NCBI GenBank assembly: GCA_951406725.2
Contig: OX597817.1
Coordinates: 160,704,001-160,768,000, forward strand
Length of the DNA stretch: 64,000 nt
Direction: 5' to 3'
Source of the DNA: Octopus vulgaris
Lineage: Eukaryota
Shown: positions 12,201-22,403 of the stretch, piece after piece
Numbering within the stretch: position 1 is the first letter of the stretch
How the letters are laid out: each line of letters opens with the position of its first letter
Notes under the pieces: generated by a model
What the model was told of the DNA's origin: nothing
Databases searched by the model: none
Seen by the model: the letters and a program-made list of their open reading frames with translations, nothing else
Position numbers and translations under genes: made by a program

Positions 12201-15200
12201 TATAAATGAATATAACTATGTATAAAAATATATGTATAAGTATAAATATATAATGTATATGACAGTTTAAAAGTTTTGAATTAATTATTTAAAGCATCTT
12301 ATGATTGTTTCACAGAAGAGTTGTCCCTTTAATGAAATCCTATATTGATAAGCATTTAAAGACAACGCTTCTGCTCTTCAGAGATATAAAATTTGAATTC
12401 TGTATAACAGAATCTCTAACTATGTAATAAACTCTGTTTCTTTATTTATTTGTTCTTCCTATTGTGACTTTTGCATTATGATTTTCTTCCATCTCCAGCT
12501 GCCAATATATGAACCGGCTCCAAAGAAGTATGTCTATCAGTTTGTACCTTCTGAGCGAAATATTTTGCAGAAAGGAATTGGAAGTGTACGCAGGTTCTTT
12601 GCAGAATATCAAGAATCAATGAAGGTATGGAAGATGATTCTTTGTCTTCTGCCATTTTCATCAATGACATTCTAAAAATAAGCAATCTTATCATTGAAAT
12701 CTCAAAGCTACGTGGTAAGGCATTATTAATTCAAAGTAATGTGAATAAAGAAGCATTACATTTGACAGAATAATCCGAATGCTACAGAGTTAAAGTACTG
12801 AATTATGGTCAGGAAGACTTTGAGTTCAATTCACATCAGTGGAATTGAGGAGACAGAAACTGTACTGAAGCCTGTTGAGGATTATAACTGTCCTTAAGTG
12901 GTAGACTTAACCACTCAATCTGTTTAACACCTCCGCCTGACCCTTTGGTGCATTTAGCAGAGTGCACTCTTTTGATGCATTGAACCAGGAAGACTTACAA
13001 TAAAGTCCTGGTGGTTGCTGCTGCACTTCATCTGAATAAGCCATAAGAATATTGGCAAAATCTTTGTAAAATTGAGGATACATCTTCATCATCATCATCA
13101 TTTAACATTCGCTTTCCATGCTAGCATGGGTTGAACGATTTGACTGAGGTCTGGCGAACCAGATGGCTGCACCAGGCTCCAATCTTGATCTTGCAGAGTT
13201 TCTACAGCTGGATGCCCTTCCTAACGCCAACCACTCCGAGACTGTAGTGGGTACTTTTACGTACCATCAGCACGAGGGCCAGTCCGGCGGTACTGGCAAC
13301 GGCCACACTCAAATGGTGCTTTTTATGTACCACCCACGCCAGTCCAGCGGCACTGGCAATGACCTTGCTTGAATGTTTTTTCACCTGCCACCAGCACAAG
13401 TGCTAGTAAGGCAATGCAGGTAACGATTACGCTTGAATGGTGTTTTTAACATGCCTTCAGCATGGAGACCAGCTTGTTGCTCTGGCAACGATCTCACTCG
13501 TATGGTACTCTTAGTGCTCCACTAGCATGGATGCCAGTCATCGAATTTGATTTCAATTTCACTTGCCTCAACAGGTCTTCGCAAGCAGAGTTTAGTGTCC
13601 AATGAAGGAAAGGTACGCATAAGTAGGCTGGTTACATCCCTGGCATAGGCCACAAGGTTATGGTCTCACTTGCGCTTGCCGAGTCTTCTGCAGCACAGCA
13701 TATTTCCAGAGGTCCTGGTCACTAGTCAACTGCATGAGTTGTGATTTTATATGGCTCGCCAGGGGTTACACAACTAACTGTCTATGTGTCATAAGGCTTA
13801 TTCAGTTGGGACCCATCAAACCAAATGAAATTGCAGTCGTGCCTGATACCAGTGTTGAATAACTGGCACTTGTGATGGTGGCACTTAAAAAGTACCCTTC
13901 AAACTTTAGGCCACACTAAGGCAGTGACAAGTGACTGAGACCTTTGACTCGGTCACTTCATGCTCCAGAAGACCTGTCAAGCCAAGTGAAATCACAGTTG
14001 TGGCCAATGCTGGTGTTTTGTAACTGGCACCTGTACTGGTGGCATGTAAAAGGCACCCACTACACTCTTGGAGTGGTTGGCATTAGGAAGGGCATCCACT
14101 GTAGAAACCATACCAAATCAGATTGGAACCTGGTGCAGCTCACCAGTTTTCAGTCAAACTGTCCAACCCATGCTAGCATGGAAAATGGACATTAAATGAA
14201 GATGATGATGATGTTGACTCACCTGGAGTTAAACAGCAACAACAATAACATAGAGCCTTTTTTGTTATTTACAGAATTTCTCAGAGAAAGTGTCATATAA
14301 ATGGGAAGTTTCCAAGGCCCACACTTTAGGTGAGTATTACCTTACACTCAGACCTTAATTTCAATGAGTGATATGCTACACTCAAACCCTCAATTAATTT
14401 TACCTTGAGACAGTCATACTTTTAACTGATACACATCAGGACGTTTGTGTTTTTTTACATAAACATTATAGGCCCAGGTGTGGCCATGTGGCAAGAAGTT
14501 TGCTTCCCAACCACATGGTTACAGTTTCAGTACCACCATGTGGCACTTTGGGCAAGTGTCTTCTGCTTTAGCCCTGGGTTGACCAATCCTTGTGAATGGA
14601 TTTAGTTGACATAAAACTGAAAAGATGTCCAGTGTGTGTGAGAGAGAGAGAAAGAGGGGGAAATAAAGAGATTTTGGATGAGAGAACTGAAAGAGATTTT
14701 CTGAAGTACAAGGGTGAGTCAAAAAGTGATGCCATTTTGTTTAGGACAGGTATAACTACCAACACAGGAACATATATCATACATTAAAATGAAGTTTGTC
14801 CTCTGTGGATCACATCCCTACTCCTCATCATAGTCACCGTTTCTATGTTCCACCCTCGAATGAGAGCATGTATCCCTGCCCCATAAAATTCTGTTGACTG
14901 TTCTTTGAGCCATTTCTTCACTACAGTTTTCACGTCCACATCACTGGAATAATGTTTGCCCCTCAAACCCTCTTTCATGGGGCCAAAGGGATGATAGTCC
15001 AGTGAAGAGGAAGTGAAAACTGTAGTGAAGAAGTGGCTCAAAGAACAGTCAATAGAATTTTATGGGGCAGGGATACATGCTCTCATTCGAAGGTGGAACA
15101 TTGCTATTGAGAAAAACAGTGACTGTGTTGAGGAGTAGGGATGTGATCCACAGAGGACCAGCTTCATTTTGATATATGATACAGTTTCCTGTGTATCATA

Positions 15201-18200
15201 CCTGTCCTAAACAAAATGGTATTACTTTTTGACTTACCCTTGTGCAAACAACACTGTTTCATTTACCAACCATGACACTGCTCTATACCCTGATGGACAG
15301 TGAAATATCAATGTCTGTATTGAGTAGTGGCACGTGGCTTAGTGTATTTAGCTTATGATCGTAATGTCGTGAGTTCATTTTTTGGTGGCATGTTGTATCC
15401 TTGAGCAAGACACTTCATTTCACATTACGCTAGTCCACTCAGCTGGCAAAAATCTATTTCAAAACCTGTATTTCAAAGGTCAAGCCTTATCACATTCTGT
15501 GTCACACTGAATCTCCTTGAGGACTTCATTAAGAGTTATGCATGTCTGTGGAGTACTCAATCAATCCCACGTTAATTTCATGAGCAGGCTGTTCTGTTGA
15601 TTGGATCAACTGGAACTCTCATCACCATAACTGATGAATGCCAGTTTTTGTTTTTTTTTTCTCGGAGTGGTTGGCGTTAGGAAGGGCATCCAGCTGTAGA
15701 AACACTGCCAGATCTGACTGGCCTGGTGCAGCCTTCGGGCTCCCCAGACCCCAGTTGAACCGTCCAACCCATGCTAGCATGGAAAGCGGACATTAAATGA
15801 TGATGATGATGATGATGTCAGTGTGTGATTTGTGAAAGCTGTTTAAGCAATATGGAAATGGTCTTATGGTGCATAGGATGTTGAATAGGAAAAGTCGAGT
15901 GGTGTGTTGGATGTGTAATATTGAGTGGAGATAGACTGAGTGTGGTGTTTTGGAAGTGTAATCTTGAGTGGAGACTGGTTGAGTGTGGTGTTTTGGAAGT
16001 GTAATGTTGAGTGGAGACTGGTTGAGTGTGGTGTTTTGGAAGTGTAATGTTGAGCAGAAACTAATTGAGTATGGTGAGCTGACAGAAATGTTAGCATGCC
16101 GGGCGAAATGCTTAGCGGTATTTCGTCTACCGCTGCGTTCTGAGATCAAATTCCGCTGAGGTCAACTTTGCCTTTCATCCTTCCGGGGTCGATTAAATAA
16201 GTACCAGTTATGCACTGGGGTCGATATAATCGACTTAAACCGTTTGTCCTTGTTTGTCCCCTCTGGGTGTAGCCCCTTGTGGGCAGTAAAGAAATAAAAA
16301 ACTAATTGAGTATGGTGTTTTGGAATTGTAATCTTGAGTAGAAACTAGTTGAGTATGGTGTTCTGGATGTATAGTGTTGAGTGGAGACTGGTTGAGTGTG
16401 GTGTTTCGGAAGTGTAATATTGAGTGGAAACACAAGTTGTGTGTGATATGTTAGATGTGCATTGTTGAGTGGAGTGTGTTGAATATGAAATGTTGAGAAG
16501 AAACACAGGTTTGTAAGTGTGAATTGAAACAGATGGCTGTCCATTTACAACTGCATTGTCATTTCCATTTCAGGTCTTATTGATTATATCCAAAATGATC
16601 CAAATGTACTAGCCCGAGCTGGAGTAATCACAGTGGCTGGTCTAGGTGGCATCGTAGCTGGTTACAAAGGTAAGCTCATTTTTTTATTTTTTGCTTCGTT
16701 TATGTTTATTGAGCATTATATATTTCTCATAATTTCACAATATTTACAGAGAGTTATTTCTTGAAGAGGGTCAACTTATCAGCCATGTTATAAGGATTTT
16801 TCATCAAAAGTAGAGTCCACATTAATCCATAGGTAGGAGAGGTGCAGCCGGAGGGTAAAATTTCCAAAAGAGAATCTGTAAAGGGTAGAAAGGTAGAAAG
16901 TCCAGCGGAGAAGTTCGTGGGTGATGAGAGGTGACAAGATCAACTGGTGCGACCAGGTGAGCGTGTGATATATGGGGAGAATTCATGAAAAAAACAAAAG
17001 ACGAAGACAGGTGATGTAGGCAACAAACAGATGTATTAGTATAATGCTCAGGAATTGAAAAAGTCTTTTACAGAAAGAAACAAGGAGAGAAAAAATGTGT
17101 GTAGTGGCTACGGATCTATCATGGTGATGATAGATCGGTAGCCACTACATACATTCTTTTCTCTCCTTGTTTCTTTCTGTGTTCCTTTCTGTAGAAGAGC
17201 GTAGGCTCGAAACGTTAAAGACTTTTTCAATTCCTGAGCGTTATACTAATACATCTGTTTGTTTTCTACACCACCTGTCTTTGTCTTTTGTTTTTTTCAT
17301 GATATAAGGAGTTCATGTCTTCTCACTAACACTGCACTGTGTCCAAGGCCCAGATACTTTCTACAGCCTCGTCCACCTTGCTGTATGGTAGAGACCTGAC
17401 TATGTGATAGGTTATTAGCTTTACAGTCGTCATCCTTCAAGCAGGGAGTGGATTTAGAGTGTCCCCTCTGACACACCTCACCTCTCTACAACATCAATCA
17501 TCTACGGGAAATTTCTTTCCATGTCTGTCAGTTTTTCATTCTAGGTACAGGTGTGAATGTGTGGTTGCTTCCCAACCATGTGGTCTCAGATTCAGTCCCA
17601 TTGCACAATACCTTGGGCTGGTGTCTTCTACTCTTGCCCCAGGCCAACCAAATCCTTGTGAGTGAATTTGGGAGATGGAAACTGAAAGAATGTCATCATG
17701 TAGGCGTAGGAATGGCTGTGTGGTAAGTAGCTTGCTTACGAACCACATGGTTCCGGGTTCAGTCCCACTGCATAGCACCTTGGGCAAGTGTCTTCTACTA
17801 TAGCCTCAGGCTGACCAAAGCCTTGTGAGTGGATTTGGTAGACAGAAACTGAAATAAGCCTGTCGTATATATGTATATATATATGTATGTGTGTGTGTCT
17901 GTGTTTATCCCCCCAACATCACTTGACAACCGATACTGGTGTGTTTACTTCCCTGTAACTTAGTGGTTCGGCAAAAGAGACTGATAGAATAAGTCCTGGG
18001 GTCGATTTGCTCAACTAAAGGCTGTGCTCCAGCACAGCCACAGTCAAATGACTGAAACAAGTAAAATAGTATCACTGCTTAGTGTTAACACAACATATTT
18101 TTTAAGATCTTTATACTTTAAACTCTTAGTGGTTTTTTTTTCTTTAATTTTCAGGAGGTAGAATGAAGAAAGTGACATACAGTTCCATAGCCATCGTGTC

Positions 18201-21200
18201 TGCAGCCTCCCTCTGCTACCCAAAACAGGCAGCTAATGTCACCTATTCTGCATATGATGGAGTTGTTTCTCAAAGCTGCAGACTGTGGAAATTCTTAACG
18301 GCACCACCACGTATGTATAACTTTGCAATCTTAACCGTGCTGAATATATTATTGGCTGTGGCCTAAATTAATTAACTCTTAAGTAGAACAATGAAAAGAC
18401 TCATATGGTAGACAGAAACTGAAAGAAGACTGTCATGTGTATATATGTGTGTGTGTGTGCATGTATGTGTGCAAGCATACATGTGTTGGTGTGTTTGTTT
18501 AACATTGTCCAAGCAGAGCAGCTGCTACTGTTGGAAACCCAGAGTAAATCTGCAGTATTCAAGTTGTCCACTAAAAAACAAGGTGTGACCCTCAGATTTA
18601 TCTTCCTACTTATACCTATTTCTTTACTACCCACAAGGGGCTAAACACAGAGGGGACAAACAAGGACAGACAAAGGTATTCAGTCGATTACATCGACCCC
18701 AGTGCGTAACTGGTACTTATTTAATCGACCCCGAAAGGATTGAAAGGCAAAGTCGACCTCAGCGGAATTTGAACTCGGAACGTAACGGCAGACGAAATTC
18801 CGCTAAGCATTTCGCGCTGCGTGCTAACGTTTCTGCCAGCTCACCACCGTGCTTCCTACTTATACCATATCTCTGATTAACCAAGGTCCTTACTGTTTAA
18901 TATGCATTGATCAATTGTATAGAATACAATATGACAATCTGGCTCTTTCCACTGTCGGCCTATTTTTGTCTGCCCATAAACTCTACTGTAGGTGGACTGA
19001 ATCAGAGTGCTATAAGAGCTACAACTTTTACAAGTTCTTCTGCACTTATTGATTGTTGGTTCTGTATATCCTAGCATCATGTAACATCAACAGCTGTCAA
19101 AATGGTTGTGTTTCAAATAGATTCAAATCTCCTGTGTTGTCCCTACAGCTGCATGTCCACCTGAGCCTGTCAAAGAAACAGCAGTGAAAGAAGAAAAAGC
19201 TCCTGCACAGAAATCAGACGGGAAAAATGTTGTGGTAAGTCGTCCTTTAAAATTCTTTACTTGTTTACATGGAATCATCGTTTAACGTCCGTTTTCCATG
19301 CTAGCATGGGTTGGACGGTTCAACCGGGGTCTGGGAAGCCAGGAGGCTGCATCAGGCTCCAGTCTGATCTGGCAGTGTTTCTACAGCTGGATGCCCTTCC
19401 TAACACCAACCACTCCGTGAGTGTAGTGGGTGTTTTTACGTGCCACCGGCGCAGGTGCCAGGGGAGGCTGGCAATGGCCACGATTGGTTGGTGCTTTTTA
19501 CTTGCCATCGGCACGGAAGCCAGTCAAGGTGACTCCAGCTTCCAGGTAAACTTATACATTAAGTTGAAGCTAAGTTGTATCTTAGCTTAAGATTGTAGTA
19601 ATACAGGGGCAGTATAAACAATATAAGTGGTTGTTTACACATAGAAGTTGATTTCAGTTCTGTGGCACTGCAATACCCCTTGTCAAGTGTCTTCTACTAC
19701 AACCCTGGGCAAACCAAAATATTATTGAGTGGATTTGGTGGATAGAAACTGAAGAAAGCCTGTTGTGTTTGTGTTAGTTTCTCGTTGCATTGACACAGTG
19801 TGGTAGCCATAAATGGGTGTCACTTTGGTGTCCTTTGTTTCCAATCTTTTGTGAAATCATGTCTGATCATGCAGAAAATATTGCCTTGCTTGGAAACAGG
19901 TGATGATTGGCAACAGGTCATTTCACTGGAGAAATTCTGTCCAGCCCAGGTAAGCATGGAAAAATCATCACCATCATCGTTGAACATCCATTTTCCATTC
20001 TGACACGGGTTGCACAGTTTAACTGAAGCTGGTAAGGCCACCAGCCTCCATTGTCTTTTCTGGCATGGTTTCTACAGCCTGATGCCCTTCCTGGTGCCAA
20101 CTATCCACTGAATGTACTGGGTGCATTGTATGTGGTGGCACCAGCACCAACATCAGCCGTTCAAGAATTTGGACCTGGAGATATCCATTTCCAGCGACTT
20201 CGAGGGCCACCTCCCAGTGGTGTCGGGCGTCAACGAAGAGCCCTCAACTACAAGACGACCAGTTTTTTTTTTTTTTTCCCAAGGTCTGGGGTCTCCTGCC
20301 CCTAAGCCCTAGACCATCACCTAATCACCCTTACCCGTCTTGTTGCTTAACAACAACACCAACAACATCAATTCTGCTATGGTGAATGAGCCTTTGTGAG
20401 TGCCGCACGGTGCCAATGCTGATATGTTACTTAGTAATATTAATTATTATTTTGAATTATCTTGTTATCTTTATGAAAATCATCTTTATAAAGTCTGGTG
20501 CCCTACATAACACTTTTTTTGTCTTCATGTGCCATGCCTACAGGTGTTGACAACCACAGACCTCCACTTTCTTTTATCCTATACACTGCTTAGCAAATTC
20601 ATCCAATATCTTCTATCCCAGTTTTCCCTCTCTTCTTTTCACCAAGTGTTCATGGCCTTGTCTTCTTATATGGTGCCCAATAAACTTAGCCTGTTGCCTC
20701 TTTCTGCTGGTTCCTGCTCATCTAAGGGCTTAGACATTTGTCTCCCTCTATATAGGATATTTTCAGCTATCATCTAAGGAACCACATCTCTGCAACATTG
20801 ATAAGATTTTGCGGTTGTTGTCAGTCACAGGATTATACACAAGGGCTCTCTACCCTTACAACACTTTCCTTCACTCTTATTGCTATCTTCTTTATTTAAT
20901 AATTTGTTTGATCTCACGAAAAGCAACTTTAACTTCTTCAATTGTTGATTTAATTTTTTTTATGCTGCATAGCACTAACCATAGATGCAATAGAAGTATA
21001 TGTTTTGGAGTAAGTAAAATTTATACTATTTCATTCCTTATCTAGATATACATGACTGAAACTTGTGTGCTTGTGATTATATTGTAACTTCAGTTATTTT
21101 ATGATGAAGTGTTGCACACTTCTGAGTTTTATTCCAGCAGTTTTTTAATACATTTTTTACTGTTTTTTAGTCTTTTAAAAGGTTGTTTTTGTGTCCTAGA

Positions 21201-22275
21201 TGTAACTTATCTATGATCTCAGAGTCGAGTTTAAGCTATCAATTCCAAGAGGGTCAATTGCTTTTAGCCCATCACCAGCCCTGTATCCATGGCCAAACAG
21301 TTCTTCATTGGATCAGACCACTGAGACATAAATGAATGAAATGTGTGGAGCATTTCCACTGTGTGTTGAATGCTTAATTCATTTAAAGGTGGTGCTCTAG
21401 CATGGCCACAGAGAAATGACTGAAACAAGTAAAAGAGCATATAATGTTCATGTGGAGGCGCAATGGCCCAGTGGTTAGGGCAGCGGACTCGCGGTCATAG
21501 GATCGCGGTTTCGATTCCTAGACCGGGCGTTGTGAGTGTTTATTGAGCGAAAACACCTAAAGCTCCACGAGGCTCCGGCAGGGGATGGTGGTGATCCCTG
21601 CTGTACTCTTTCACCACAACTTTCTCTCACTCTTACTTCCTGTTTCTGTTGTACCTGTATTTCAAAGGGCCGGCCTTGTCACTCTCTGTGTCACGCTGAA
21701 TATCCCCGAGAACTACGTTAAGGGTACACGTGTCTGTGGAGTGCTCAGCCACTTACACGTTAATTTCACGAGCAGGCTGTTCCGTTGATTCGGATCAACC
21801 GGAACCCTCGTCGTCGTAACCGACGGAGTGCTTCCATCCATATAATGTTCAGTATTTGTGAAAAAAGCGAATGGGAAATCTTGGACCAGAGTCCTATTAT
21901 CTGGGTCAAACTTGTCATTAGTTCTTATTAATTGTTGGTGTAGAAAGAGCTCCCTTTCTGTTGAGGTCATCAGAAAGGCATTCTCCACCAGGTGGCTTTG
22001 TTGTTTGATCACAAGGAATGGCACACATGAGAACTAAACATACAAAACAGATGTTATGTTTTTATCCACTGCATCACTGTCGTGCCTTGTCTGAAATATA
22101 TGTAACGATTTGAATGATTGTAAAGAAAGTATTTCATTATTTGTGAAGTTATGATTGTTTTATTTAACATCAGGTCAACCTCACCAAGACAGATTCTTCA
22201 AAAATTAAACCGGTTGAGAAAGATTTTGGACAAAGTTCAGAAGAAGATAAAGACTTGTACACAACTCGAGGTTAA
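4897..22275 (+). CDS. APOOL: MICOS complex subunit MIC26/MIC27 (apolipoprotein O / O-like family), 8 coding exons: join(4897-4908,11101-11193,12499-12624,14275-14329,16574-16669,18155-18310,19149-19234,22174-22275), 726 nt, 241 aa
   Basis: All introns GT-AG with compatible phases (0,0,0,1,1,1,0). Translation contains ApoO-family hallmarks: LPIYE, a Gly-rich TM (RAGVITVAGLGGIVAG), a basic loop (YKGGRMKK), ASLCYPKQA, and C-terminal DFGQSSEEDKDLYTTRG*, which resembles the MIC27 C-terminus. MIC26 vs MIC27 assignment is tentative. Confidence 0.92.
5501..5595. mobile_element. 95-bp Mutator-like mini-MITE
   Basis: 24-bp imperfect TIR (GGCGAAGGTAAAGAATACGCACAC / GTGTGCATATTCTTTACTTCCGTC); 9-bp TSD GATGAAACT (5492-5500, 5596-5604). 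Confidence 0.78.
5627..5931. mobile_element. hAT (Charlie-like) MITE
   Basis: 8-bp TSD GTTTAGAC (5619-5626, 5932-5939); CA...TG ends; internal gcggcccg motif. Confidence 0.8.
7289..7989. mobile_element. Foldback MITE with ~280-bp TIRs and an 8-bp TSD (Mutator/Merlin-like)
   Basis: Arms ~7289-7566 and ~7713-7989 are inverted copies; GAATGTTT at 7281-7288 and 7990-7997; GGAT...ATCC termini. Confidence 0.88.
8211..8550 (-). mobile_element. tRNA-derived SINE, family D (CORE-like), full length with 11-bp TSD
   Basis: Minus-strand head ggcgcatggctcaatggttagagc...gagctcgaatccc; TATCAATCACA at 8200-8210 and 8551-8561. Second copy ~39547-39885 (+); fragments ~28093-28155, ~38858-38950, ~53250-53460. 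Confidence 0.9.
9070..9625 (+). mobile_element. SINE family B interrupted by an antisense RTE 3' end (~9233-9386)
   Basis: Family B head and tail are separated by a catcatcat...tggatgcccttcctaac segment; CGTCGTAT is duplicated at 9225-9232 and 9387-9394. Confidence 0.85.
10462..10870 (+). mobile_element. SINE family C, head-to-tail tandem (full copy plus a repeat of its 3' part)
   Basis: ggcggcgagttggcagaaac...gttctgagttcaaattcc...gcctttcatcctttc.ggggtcgat.aaataagtaccag core repeated twice. Other copies at ~3765-3980, 8585-8788(-), 9968-10195, 18615-18848(-), 25875-26088(-), 34027-34243, 36203-36418(-), 48117-48325, 55403-56015(-). Confidence 0.88.
11101..11193 (+). CDS. APOOL: APOO/APOOL exon 2 (VLRLGSMGFPVYFAAVGPEEAKDNITMTIAD)
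   Basis: Long polypyrimidine tract + AG before 11101; GTAAGT donor at 11194; 93 nt, phase 0/0. Confidence 0.85.
11290..11730 (+). mobile_element. CR1-clade LINE 3' end, decayed
   Basis: Translates HLSYEERLKTLDHYSLEKR*RCGDLILAHNII...GHSEKL...FSVQVADLWNKLP...FKVSLD, the canonical CR1 ORF2 C-terminus. Confidence 0.88.
12499..12624 (+). CDS. APOOL: APOO/APOOL exon 3 (LPIYEPAPKK...RFFAEYQESMK)
   Basis: ctccag acceptor; GTATGG donor; 126 nt; ApoO-domain start LPIY. Confidence 0.92.
13085..13730 (-). mobile_element. RTE-clade LINE 3' end: ORF C-terminus plus a long modular 3' UTR and (TGA)n tail
   Basis: Minus strand begins TSDQDLWKYAVLQKTRQAQVRP* (RTE-type D..W...V C-terminus), followed by five ~60-nt repeated units and the gttggcgttaggaagggcatccagctgtagaaac...acgttaaatgatgatg end. 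5'-truncated copies at 6460-6860(-), 13830-14212, 15660-15817, 19275-19530(-), 31240-31568, 32810-33130, 45213-45545(-), 56250-56683, 62690-62965; ORF-end fragment at ~9850-9968(-). Confidence 0.8.
14275..14329 (+). CDS. APOOL: APOO/APOOL exon 4 (NFSEKVSYKWEVSKAHTL/G)
   Basis: ttttgttatttacag acceptor; GTGAGT donor; 55 nt converts phase 0 to 1, as exon 5 requires. Confidence 0.88.
14709..15242. mobile_element. Palindromic mariner-derived MITE made of two inverted transposase 3' ends
   Basis: TIR CAAGGGTGAGTCAAAAAGT...ACTTTTTGACTTACCCTTG with TA on the left flank. Both arms encode the mariner C-terminus (DYH.FGPMKEGLRGKHY.SD..VKT.V.KWLKEQS.EFY..GIH.LI.RW). Confidence 0.88.
15880..16520 (+). 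repeat. 43-bp G/T-rich minisatellite (GAGTGGAGACTGGTTGAGTGTGGTGTTTTGGAAGTGTAATGTT)n, split by a SINE
   Basis: Unit starts at 15966 and 16009 (period 43); resumes after 16299; explains the repetitive ORFs 15793..16149 and 15864..16097. Confidence 0.88.
16073..16298 (+). mobile_element. SINE family C inserted into a 43-bp minisatellite, with TSD
   Basis: AAACTAATTGAGTATGGTG occurs at 16058-16076 and 16299-16317, flanking the SINE. Confidence 0.88.
16574..16669 (+). CDS. APOOL: APOO/APOOL exon 5 (GLIDYIQNDPNVLARAGVITVAGLGGIVAGYK/G), first TM with GxxxG
   Basis: tttcag acceptor; GTAAGC donor; 96 nt, phase 1/1. Confidence 0.93.
16983..17302. mobile_element. Palindromic Penelope-like remnant
   Basis: Long inverted repeat centred near 17125; the right arm contains ...GAAGAGCGTAGGCTCGAAACGT..., resembling the minimal hammerhead motifs of PLE terminal repeats. 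Confidence 0.55.
17545..18068 (+). mobile_element. SINE family B: partial head followed by a full copy
   Basis: Two successive tRNA-like heads (ccatgtggt...cagtccca...ccttgggc) and one full 3' end. Confidence 0.85.
18155..18310 (+). CDS. APOOL: APOO/APOOL exon 6 (GGRMKKVTYSSIAIVSAASLCYPKQA...LTAPP)
   Basis: Poly-T + tcag acceptor; GTATGT donor; 156 nt, phase 1/1; conserved ASLCYP motif. Confidence 0.93.
19149..19234 (+). CDS. APOOL: APOO/APOOL exon 7 (PACPPEPVKETAVKEEKAPAQKSDGKNVV)
   Basis: ccctacag acceptor; GTAAGT donor; 86 nt converts phase 1 to 0, as exon 8 requires. Confidence 0.8.
21451..21838 (+). mobile_element. tRNA-derived SINE, family A, full length, young, with 13-bp TSD
   Basis: Pol III A box (TGGCCCAGTGG) and B box (GGTTTCGATTCC); flanked by CATATAATGTTCA at 21438-21450 and 21839-21851. 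Older copies sharing the 3' part at ~15330-15645 (+), ~33600-33918 (-), ~52495-52780 (-). Confidence 0.92.
22174..22275 (+). CDS. APOOL: APOO/APOOL last coding exon (VNLTKTDSSKIKPVEKDFGQSSEEDKDLYTTRG*)
   Basis: aacatcag acceptor; in-frame TAA at 22273-22275; conserved D.GQS..ED.D.Y.TR C-terminal motif. Confidence 0.92.
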   Translation, partial: VNLTKTDSSKIKPVEKDFGQSSEEDKDLYTTRG

Positions 22276-22397
22276 CCAAAACATTTTGTAATTATCTACA
22301 TTTAATATTTATTTTCCACAAGTTCTTAAACTAGAAAACTGAGAATACAACCCTCTCTGTATATAAATATATAATGTGAATTGATATGATGGAATTT

Positions 22398-22403
22398 AAT
22401 AAA
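22398..22403 (+). terminator. Candidate proximal poly(A) signal of the APOO/APOOL gene
   Basis: AATAAA about 120 nt after the stop codon. Confidence 0.35.

Noticed and set aside
19121-19148. Upstream alternative acceptor (aaatag) for APOO/APOOL exon 7
   Set aside because: Adds 28 nt and leads to a premature TGA.
20529-21045. ORFs in APOO/APOOL intron 7
   Set aside because: No splice or homology support; the minus strand looks like a heavily decayed LINE RT remnant, too degraded to call confidently.
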